A DNA stretch of 64,000 nucleotides from the human T2T-CHM13v2.0 reference genome, Homo sapiens, in assembly GCF_009914755.1 (NCBI RefSeq), contig NC_060935.1; one strand, given 5' to 3'. Position numbers and translations under genes: made by a program. The notes below the pieces were generated by a model, which saw only the letters and a list, made by a program, of their open reading frames with translations, was not told the DNA's origin and ran no database searches. Shown one piece after another: positions 50,388 through 64,000 of the stretch (position 1 is its first letter; each line of letters starts with the position of its first letter).

Positions 50388-50931
50388 TCAGTGAAATAAC
50401 TAAATTGACCTGCTAGATTTTTCTCTTTCATTAAAAAAATTGATATAAATGTGAGTCTATACAAACTATCTCAGAATTACTCTGATATGCTTCTGTTCCA
50501 ATTCTGATGGCAGAAATGTTATATTAAAGAGATTTAGAGATTTTTTAAATGACACGGACTCAGTTGTGCACCTTCTCCCGATATTCTTCTTATATATCTC
50601 TACACAGGCAAGTCAAGAGATTTATGAGTAATTAATTTTACAAGTATTCACATAAGCTTTAAAATATTAGCTGGTATAGTAATCAAAAGAAATCTAGTTC
50701 TAGATATTAAAAATTATTAAAAATTCAATTATGGTTCCACAATAGAATTATATTTCTTTCACTTTCTAGAGAGTACCTTTCACTTCTAGTGTGGATATGT
50801 TTAAAAAAATTTTTTTTCAAATGGCGTAACTGCAAGCTTTTTAAGAATATAGAGAAGAGGCAGATTGGACAGGATAAGAAACACTTGGCTTTATTTTTTC
50901 CTCTTTTTCTCCTTGATCTTAAAGATTAGTA

Positions 50932-51919
50932 GTGCTTGGCCAACTAAAAAACAACTATGGCTTTTCAGTTCAGTTCTGACTTCAATTCCCTCTTTTTTCC
51001 TACCCCCCTCTCTTTTCTCTTCTTTTCCCTCCATGAGCTAGCAAAGATTTATAACTCTTGGGTCCAGCTGTGTAGCTCTTGTCTCCCCCTGAAGATCTGT
51101 CACTGGTTTTGGGCTTCCCTGGCAGCAGCCATCTCACCATTCCATAGACTGCCCACCCTTTGGACCCTTGCATGTACTTCATGTGGACGCTAAAGTCATT
51201 TTGACATGGTATCATCAGAACTAGTTTGCTGTGACAAGAGTGCATTTGATTGCTGAAACCAGTTCAGCAGGTTAAGGGTCTGTAAACAAGTGTTAAAAAA
51301 TGAACTTTGGCTTCCAAGGTTAATCCCAGCTCTGCATTGTTGTGTAATCCTAGGCACAACTACTTAATCTCTTTATATAAAATATACCTACCTCATATGG
51401 CTGTCATTGGGAGAATTAAGAGGTAGTAGAGGACTTGGAACAGATCTTATACAAAGTGCCCAATAAATGTTGACAACTGTTATTACTATAGATTGAAAGC
51501 CACAGAAGAACTAAAAATAGTGAATATAAGGGTTATTAAAAGGATAGGTGAGTCATTTTTTAACACTTGCTTACAGACCCTTAGCCAGCTGAACTGGTTT
51601 CAGCAATCAAATGCACTCTTGTCAGGGCAAACTAGTTCTGATACTAGGTCAAAATGGCTTTAGTGTCCATGTGAGATAGATGCAAGGGTCCAGAGGGTGG
51701 GAAGTCTGGGGTATGGTGAGAGGGCTCCTGCCAGGGAAGCCCAAAACCAGCGACAGATCTTCAGGGGGAGACAGGAGCCACAGAGCTGGCTCCAAGAGAG
51801 TCATAATTCTTTGCTAGCTGGAGGGAAAAGAAGAGAAAATAGAGGCAAGTAGGAAAAAAGAGGGAATTGAAGTCAGAACTGAACTGAAAGCCATAGTTGT
51901 TTTTTGGTCAGCAAAGCAC
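50932..51919. repeat. Long inverted repeat: arms 50932-51303 and 51553-51919, ~250-bp loop
   Basis: Hand alignment of the left-arm reverse complement to the right arm: ~37 substitutions and 4 small indels over ~365 bp. Confidence 0.95.
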
Positions 51920-52089
51920 ATTTATTGGGCACTTTGTGTGAGATTTGTGCCAAGCCCTTAACTATCTCTTAATTCTCACAAGAGCCATATAAAGTAGGTA
52001 TATTTTATAGAGAAAGTAGTTGTGCCGAGGATTATATAATGCTGATCTGGGATTCCAACCTTGGCAGCAAAAGTCTGCATTCTCTTAAC
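51296..52089. repeat. Second inverted pair (MIR-derived): 51296-51470 and 51918-52089
   Basis: acaaagtgcccaataaatgt vs acatttattgggcactttgt; aaaatatacctac vs gtaggtatatttt; ggcacaactactt vs aagtagttgtgcc; roughly 80% by eye. Confidence 0.88.
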
Positions 52090-52287
52090 CATTACTGGGA
52101 TTTCAAAACCATTTATCTCCCCTTCTGGGACTACAGACAGCCTTACTTTTCCCCTCTAACTTGATGCTAAAGTTAATCCCAACCCTGGAAATAGTTTGTT
52201 GTACTTGCTCCAGTTTTCTCTAATTTCTTCCTGTACCAGTGAGGTAGAAAACACCAGAATAGTGTTGTAATAAAAGCATACACACCC

Positions 52288-52728
52288 TGTGGCAGAGGTT
52301 CCCTGGTTGTCCTCCAAAATCCATTCTCCCTTCTTCTGTAGTGGGAAGGATTTATGTGGTCTGTGGCCGCGCAGGATAAGAACTAACTTCCCAGCTTGCC
52401 TTTGCAGCCAAGAGACCAAGTTGTGTTCAGAAGGATGTGAGCAAAAATGTTACGTAAAACCTTAGGGTCATGGCTATAATGCCACCTCTTGCTCTTTTCT
52501 TCTTCTGGAATGTGGATGTGGTGGTGAGTCAGCCACTGGACCTTGTGAATGAGGGCAACACCAGGATGGCAGAGCAGTAAAATAAGGAGCAAGGGCCCTG
52601 ACACCATGGAGCTGACATATTAGCCCTAGAATGCTTACATTGGACTGTAAGAGAGAAATAAACCTAATCTTATTTAAGCCACTGCTATTCTGGATCTTGT
52701 TACAGCAGCTAAATTAAAATTATAATAC
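52288..52728 (+). mobile_element. Old MaLR LTR (MLT1 family)
   Basis: tgtggcag start; gagagaaataaacc..ttatttaagccactg...ttgttacagcagc...aataca end. Confidence 0.6.
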
Positions 52729-54112
52729 AATTCCCAAATTGTGTATATTTATTCATAAATCATATACCTATATTATTGACACATTTAGGTTAATGAAACA
52801 AAAAAAAAAGGTTATTAAAGAGATTTAAGTTATTTTGTTCCTATGACTTAGTAGATTGTCCATCTCATGAGAAAGAGTACTCAGGTTGAACCCTACTAGT
52901 ATATTGAGTGACAGCATGAGAGGGTGAGATTTGGAGTTAAAGACTTGAGTCCCTGTGACTTACTTGCTGGGGGACTGTGGACAAGTTACTTCACTTGGCT
53001 AAACTTGTTTCTTCAGCTGTAAAATGAGGATACCATCTACCTAAGAGGAGAGCTGTGAAAATAGGTGAGCACATATATGTTATTTAGCATATTTGCCCTC
53101 ATATAGTCAATGATAGCTATTTTTTTTCAAAATAGCAATCAGTAGTTTCAGTGATAATGACTACAGCCTTTCCCACTGCCCTTTTTTTAAATATTAAAAA
53201 ATACTTAAAAAATAAACAAGTGTTACATATCCAAATTCTTCAAGTTTGACAACATTATAAGCTTTTAATTGTTTTTCCAATAGGTGAGGGTTTTTCCTGA
53301 CTCTTGCCAAGTCCTTACATACTCTTGCCTGGCCTATTTTGTCACCAAAGCAGTATGGATAGGCAGGTTAGGATCTACACTGTGGCTATAAACATGGTGA
53401 AAGTAGCTAATCCTTGTGGAGGCTTCTTACCACTCATAGAAAATGCCTAAAAGGTGTATTACGCTCACTCAGTATGAATGCAGTATTTTCAGCATACCCA
53501 TAATTAAATATTTAAAATATTAAAAAGTTTGGATTAAGGTCAACTGAGATTTATGAGTATCATTTATTCCACAGGCGTTTAACAAGTACCTCACATGTGT
53601 CTAGAGGCCTTCTGAGAACTTGTAGTTTAGTGTAGGAAAAAGATACGTATAATTGCTGTTTCATAGTGAAGTGCAAGTGCTGGAATAGAGGTATAGTTTT
53701 AAGGCATATAGAAACACAATCCTCTCATCCTTATTTCATATATTTCCATCACTGAAACAAAAATTTACCTGAACCCCAGAACCACCATCAAAATGAAGTT
53801 TCATGGAAAGGATATAGGATCTAAAAGTAATGGGGACAGGGTATGGTATGCATATTTCTATTCTTCTGTTATTGGATACAAAGCACTTTGTTTGCTAAAC
53901 CCCTACAATGAGAAAGAACGCAGATCTATTTAATATTTAGTGGCTGTATAACCTGGGAATAAGTATATTTATTTGTTGGGGCTTGAGAAGGTCCAATAAA
54001 TGGCATACCTCCTTTCCATTCTGGGTTGTGAATATAACTAAGATGAAGAATGAATAAACTAATATAGAGGCCTAAAAAACACCTTTATTTGCTGATAAAA
54101 CTATTGGAGAAG

Positions 54113-54280
54113 TTTTTTTTTAGGAGACAGGGTCTCATGTGTTGCCAGGCTGGAGTGCAGTGACTATTTATAGGTATGATCATGGTACACTTTAGCCTTG
54201 ATGAACTCCTTGGCTCAAGCAATCCTGCTGCCGCAGCCTCCCAAGCAGCTAGGACTATAGATGTGTGCCACTGTGCTCAG
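54113..54280 (-). mobile_element. Alu monomer (FRAM/FAM-like)
   Basis: Degenerate antisense monomer. Confidence 0.7.
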
Positions 54281-55546
54281 CAAGAGAATATGGGTTTCAT
54301 CTTAAGGCCAGTAAGCTTCTTATCACTGAACTCTAGAACTGGACAGATTTACCCTGTCTCAAGCATTGCTCTACTGGGCCAGGCCTCATCCTGCAGAGGC
54401 AGAGCCTGATCCCATAGAAGCAGAACAGAATGAATGTCTCTTCAGATGGGCTGGTCCCAAACAGGAGTGGGGAGGAAGTGGGCTAATTGCACCTTGTTTC
54501 TCCTTCCAGATTTACAATTGGGCAAGTCACTTTACCTAGGGCAGAGTGGATAAGGGGATGAAGAGTGACGACAGTGTTATGCTACTGGAGCTTCCTTCAC
54601 ATGGAGGAAAGATGCATTCCCTCTTAATATTTTAGAATATTTTAAATCTTAACAAACCAATAATTTACTTGTTTATGTCACTCTCCTTAAGATTGTCAAT
54701 TCAATGAGAATGAAACCATGTTCATCTCTGTGCACACAGGGACTAGCATGCTGTTTGGCATATAGCAGGCAGTCATATTGGTTAACTGAACAAATGCAGT
54801 ATACTTTGTTACAGTGGACTTTAATATATATGGTAACTTATTAATTGACTCAGTGAAAATTAATCTATAATATACTAAGAACTCTCTTAGGCAATAGAGA
54901 TAAAAATGAATCAGAATGTAACAGGATAATGTCAAGGTTTTTCTTTTGAAAACAAACCAGCAGTTAGATTTTTGAGGAAAATATAGTTGGAAAGCCTGAC
55001 TCTCACTCACTGGACCATATGGACCAATCTCTTGACTGCTCTATACTGCAGATTCCCTGTTTATAGCTAAACAAATGACAAGGCTATTTTGAATAATGAT
55101 TGTCAAACTTTTATAGCTATTACCAAGGCATTATGAACTCAAAATGTTTACTTTCTGGTCTTGTCTTCTTGATCTGGGTAAGACTGAAGAACTAAGATGA
55201 AAAGGATATTTTAAAATTTCTTTGAAATTACATATGATTTACTAATAGATATTACTTTGTAAGAAAAAATATATCTAATAACAAAACAAAATACGAATTT
55301 AAATTTTCCTATGAGTTTCTTGAGAGTAGGTACTAGATATCAATGTTTGCTGAATTGAAGTCATTAAGAAAAGCTTTGTTTTATGTAATAAATTTAAGAT
55401 GGGTTAACTTAAACTACATTAAGAAGCAGGGATAAACTGGTTTTTGAGTATCAAATATTTAAAAAATACATGTAATAATCAGAGCTCAATATTTAGCAAC
55501 TCTACAGATTTCATATTAAGTGTTGTAATTTGCACTAAAGCACACA

Positions 55547-55892
<346 letters not shown>

Positions 55893-56363
55893 TGAAAACC
55901 CACACAACTTTGTTGTAATAATCTTTCATTTTATAGAAAAATGTAATTATGCAATGGTTATCAGGAAAGTTAATTCAGTAATAAATATGTAGGCTAGGGA
56001 ATGGTTTACAAATATTCAACCAATACCCACAAAATCCTGTATGATTTACACAACTGTTCAAGCAAACATAAGAAAACTCTGGTTCAATTTCTATTAACTA
56101 TCAAAAGGACAAAATGCTCTTCTATCTCAAACCAGGTCTGAGTGACAGCTTTTCAATATAATAAAGACACACACCTGCACTCACACACACACAATAAAGA
56201 CACAGTATCTCTTCTCATTCTAAAACACTTCCTCTTTTAGTCCGTATACACTTCGAATAATCTTGTGTAGTAAATTTTTGCTGCAACTGACAATGTTCAA
56301 AGTAAATCTCTCCCGGTTTGGTGTTCTAAGAAGCCAACAGCCACAGCAGGATGAGCATTAATA

Positions 56364-56419
56364 CTACTTCCAGAATCTATAAAATCCCAATGCTATTGCC
56401 AGGCAAGTAAACACCGAAG
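56364..56419 (-). CDS. CCDC90B: CCDC90B terminal coding exon ((A)SVFTCLAIALGFYRFWK*), C-terminal transmembrane anchor
   Basis: Minus-strand ttttcacAG acceptor; phase 1 matches the previous exon; TAG at 56366-56364; hydrophobic helix typical of CCDC90B/MCUR1. Confidence 0.93.
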
Positions 56420-58928
56420 CTGTGAAAAGAAGAAACTGTGTTATAGGTCTTGTATTTGTAATTATTTTGCAGAGATAAAGAGAATAATGTTATCTTTAAG
56501 TGAAGAGCAAAAAACAGGAAATCCAACCAATTTTCTATCCTATGTTTTTTATTCCCTAGACAATTAAGTATGAAAGACATTCTTAAGGGCAGCCTTAATG
56601 CCTAATTCTTCTTAAAAGCACCTGTATATTAAAATGTAAATTATGTCATTTAGAAACCTATAACCTGTATTTAAAATCATTAACGCTAGCATTATTGACT
56701 ACTTTAAATAATTATAAGCTCTAATTTCAGATCTCATGATAAATGAAATCTTTCTTATATTAAAAAATTACGTAGTTAGGCTAGTAAAATATACATATAT
56801 CTGTGAGAAGAGAATTTTAATTGCCTTTTCAGTACATTTTTAAATAATTTCTCATAATTCTTAATAAAATTTTAATAAAAACTCTTTAAACTCAATGAGG
56901 TAGAAGAAAAGGCAGAAAAAGCATTAGGTTTTTAAAATAGTTAATATACTACCTGTACTTTAGCTTACATCATTTTGGATAAAAAAAAATTCAGTTTTCC
57001 CAGCTTTTAGAAGGTAAGTCTGAGTGAGGCCTTTAGGGACTCCCTAGTCTCCAGTTTGTTTAAAACACCGATGAATGAATTTTTAAAAACAGACAAGTGA
57101 GAGATGAATGGAAAACTTTTATGAATAAAGACACAAGAAATTAGCCTTTCAAAGTAAAGTTATTCATAATGTATAAACCCATTTGTACACCACCCCATTT
57201 GATCCTACTACTTACTGAAACTTGGTTAATGATAAGATCATTTTCTCAGTTTTAAGAAATGGGATTAGGCATCTCTAAGAAATATAGAGAAGTAATAACA
57301 CTAAGAGTTTCTTGTCTTACAGCCACTGGGCAATTATATATTCTCCCATTTGATCCTGCTACTATTTGCTGTGTGTCAAGTACTATGCTACTATGCTGAG
57401 CAATTACACACACTACTTTATTTAACCATGAGATTGGTGGTATTATCCCCATTGTACAGATGAGGTAATACACCCAGTTACATCGCTAGCAAACAGTGGA
57501 GCCGGGATTTAAGACTAAGTGTACTTGACTCCAAAGCCATTTTTTTTCTCTTAATAAAAAAACACACACACAAAATTTGTGATCCTTATTATATACTGTG
57601 ACACTTGAAAGACTCAATCTGTCATTTATTTGAGTCACATAGTGCTATCTAAGTGGTTACATCCTCTGCTGATTCAACAGCTGATAAATTAAGTTTTAGA
57701 TAACCAAATGAACACTTATTGTGAGGTGAAGTATACTCTACTTCAGTAGAGTATACAATCGTTACTGCATTTAAGTTTCTCTCTCATGTCTTGCTGCTGT
57801 TATTTCAGCTTTTATTTCTCATGGCTGTTGTTGCAGTAACAACAACAATTGGAGCCATCTCCAATTTCTTTTAAGTTTGCTGTTTATCCTCTATACCCTG
57901 TCTAGGGAGACATTCTACATATATGTAAAATGCTTAGGTGAGCATATGCCTGGTACATTTTAAGCACTCTGTAAACATTAGCTTTCATTATTTATCTGCC
58001 ACGAACAAAATCTGCCACATTATCTACATAGATTAAATGGAAATTGCCATTATTCCTTGGTGGCAGTGTTCTGGGTCAAAAGGTGGCGTCTGACCCACGA
58101 TGAACCATTCAGACTCCTTTCTGAGGATTTTAAAAATTGGAACTAAGGAAAGAGGGCAATCTCTCCTGATTAGTGAAAGTGGAATGATAAGAGTCTAGGT
58201 GGTAATGTTTCCAACCTATGGAGAAAGCTGGTATGAGAAATTGAGGCACACAGTCACAGATTTAAAGAGTAAGTTCTGATTCCAATTATGCTTGTAGGTA
58301 GGCTATTTTACTTGTGCCCCGTCCACGGTTCAGCTGATGGCTGGGGGCTCCATCTTCAACCCTGCTGGCACCTCAACATCAGTAGTGACTGCCCAGAAAA
58401 TGACTAAGAGTATAAATCGGCAGTTTTCTTTTAGACAGCAATTTGTTAATATCAAAAATCTTAAATGTGCATATCTTTTTGACCCCAAATTTTAAATGTA
58501 CATAGCAAGTTGTTATATAGAAATACTAGCACAGGGCCACAAAGATATGTGTGTGTGTATGTGTATTTACTCAAACGTTAACACATATATATGGCTGTTC
58601 AATACAGTATTGTCCTTAATAATAAAAAACTGAAGGGAGAATGCCTGTTAATAAAGGACTGGATACATAAATTATGGCATTTTCATATAGGGAATACTGT
58701 GCTTTCTAATAAAAAGATGTCTGTGTGGAAAGAAATAGGACATTTGGTTAAACTTTAAAAAGTTGTAGACTATAAAAAATACGTGATCTAATTATTTTTA
58801 AGAAGTATATAAGATGTTTATATACAGAAGAAAAAGCCTAGAAAATGTTTACTACTAATAGTAAATACACACGGGGAGGGGCTTTCACTTTTACGGCTTT
58901 TGAATTCTATGAATAATTTATAATGAAA

Positions 58929-59558
58929 TTCTGGGTTGAAAATTCTTTTCTTTAAGAATGTTGAATATTGGCCCCCACTCTCTTCTGGCTTTGTAGAGTT
59001 TCTGCTGAGAGATCTGCTGTTAGTCTGACGGGCTTCCCTTTGAGGGTAACCCGACCTTTTTCTCTGGCTGCCCTTAACATTTTTTCCTTCATTTCAACTT
59101 TGGTGAATCTGACAATTATGGAGTTGCTCTTCTCGAGGAGTATCTTTGTTGGAACCAACCCAAATGGCCAACAATGATAGACTGGATTAAGAAAATGTGG
59201 CACATATACACCATGGAATACTATGCAGCCATAAAAAATGATGAGTTCATGTCCTTTGTAGGGACATGGATGAAATTGGAAATCATCATTCTCAGTAAAC
59301 TATCACAAGAACAAAAAACCAAACACTGCATATTCTCACTCATAGGTGGGAACTGAACAATGAGAACACATGGACACAGGAAGGGGAACATCACGCTCTG
59401 GGGACTGTTGTGGGGTGGGGGGAGGGGGGAGGGATAGCATTGGGAGATATACCTAATGCTAAATGACGAGTTACTGGGTGCAGCGCACCAGCATGGCACA
59501 TGTATACATATGTAACTAACCTGCACATTGTGCACATGACCCTAAAACTTATAAAAAA
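58929..59558 (+). mobile_element. 5'-inverted, truncated L1PA insertion
   Basis: 58929-~59149 is antisense ORF1 (RFTKVEMKEKMLRAAREKGRVTLKGKP); ~59150-59558 is the sense ORF2 end/3' UTR with G-rich tract and A-tail; TSD AATTTATAATGAAA at 58915-58928 and 59559-59572. Confidence 0.9.
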
Positions 59559-60317
59559 AATTTATAATGAAAATACATTACTTTTTATAAAAGGAAAGAA
59601 AAAAGACAAGTAATAGTTGACTAGGGCATTCTTCCTAAATCACTGGGGCCCTGTAATTGGGTCAGGTCAGATGGTACTTGAGGAGCTCAGTATGTGACAA
59701 ATAATCTAATTGTGGGATAGTTTCTATGCTGAATCAGTTGATTCAAGGTAAGGTCATCTGTCCCTCCTCCAGGTTTTTAATGGGCTTATATCTAATTTAT
59801 TGATCTTTTTTCTCTAACCTCATTCAAATCTTTATGGAAGAACATAAGCAATAAAAAGAAAATTTTCATTTTTTTTTCCACTGTGGAGTACCACAGTTTA
59901 TCCTTCTATCATTTTCTGCTTGTGTTTATATATTTCTTTTATATCCACATGCTTTTTCTATTAGTCAGCTGCAGAGTTGCCTGCTAAACTTAGATTCTGA
60001 AGGGTAACACATCTGTGAGGATGACAGAAGCTTAACATTTAGAACTGTCCAATACTACACCCTATATGTTCCTTCCTTTGGCTGCGTCTAATTTGTAATC
60101 TGCTATAATAAAAATTATAAGTATTAAAAATAAAACCCAAGACTCCAAAAAATATATCCTGAGACTGGAACCTTCTTTAAGCACTACAGGGGACCAAGCA
60201 ATAAAGGAGCCTTGTTATCTAGCTCCTCCTTTTTTTCCTGTGCCTGCTCAGTTACCTTGATAGGTAGAACTAACAGGAAAATTACATGACAGCAATTTCT
60301 TTCTCTGACAGTCTTAC

Positions 60318-60432
60318 CTGCAAGATAACGAATTGTCTCAAGTTTGTTAGATTCCATCAGTGTTTTTAAGGAAGCAATTTCAGCGTCAATTTTATTACTG
60401 GTCTCTGAAATAATACTTTTGGTTTGAGTATC
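60318..60432 (-). CDS. CCDC90B: CCDC90B penultimate coding exon ([38 protein letters not shown])
   Basis: Minus-strand ccacAG acceptor (60434-60433) and GTaaga donor (60317); 115 nt; peptide matches the CCDC90/MCUR1-family coiled-coil C-terminus. Confidence 0.93.
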
Positions 60433-60589
60433 CTGTGGTAAACCAGAATAAGAGAACTTAATTTTGTCCCTATGTATTAAATGGACAAAAGCATTTACAT
60501 TATAAACCCTCACTTATGGGCTAATTGTGATATAAAAGTCTTAGTTGGGGAAACATTAAAAGCATAGTGGTGTAAAAAAATTTGAAGTG

Positions 60590-64000
<3,411 letters not shown>

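Noticed and set aside
50932-51919. Strand-specific G-U compensation as proof of selection on the RNA hairpin
   Set aside because: Hand count of ~13 (+) versus ~9 (-) wobble-compatible transitions is not a meaningful bias.

Overview
Primate (human-like) genomic DNA rich in Alu, L1, L2, MIR and MaLR repeats, not prokaryotic. The + strand carries ten coding exons of ANKRD42 (ankyrin repeats, then a coiled coil, stop at 50385-50387; the first exons lie upstream of the window). The - strand carries the last two coding exons of the convergent gene CCDC90B. The introns hold a CKS1B retrocopy with an intact 79-aa ORF, a disabled RPL32 retrocopy, and a 3.9-kb class I ERV (HERV-W/HERV9/HERV30 supergroup) that appears to have been inserted by L1 machinery (starts at R, 15-bp TSD). 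They also hold a 5'-inverted L1 and an L1PA 5' portion with an open ORF0 pointing into CCDC90B. The most unusual structure lies just 3' of the ANKRD42 stop, between the two convergent genes. It is a ~370-bp, ~88-90% identical inverted repeat of apparently non-repetitive sequence (50932-51303 / 51553-51919), interleaved with a second ~175-bp inverted pair (51296-51470 / 51918-52089). The order A-B-spacer-A'-B' gives crossing, pseudoknot-like pairing, with mirrored AATAAA signals on the two strands. Exon coordinates were checked by reading frame and GT-AG. Repeat boundaries and subfamily names are by-eye estimates, and identities are hand alignments.
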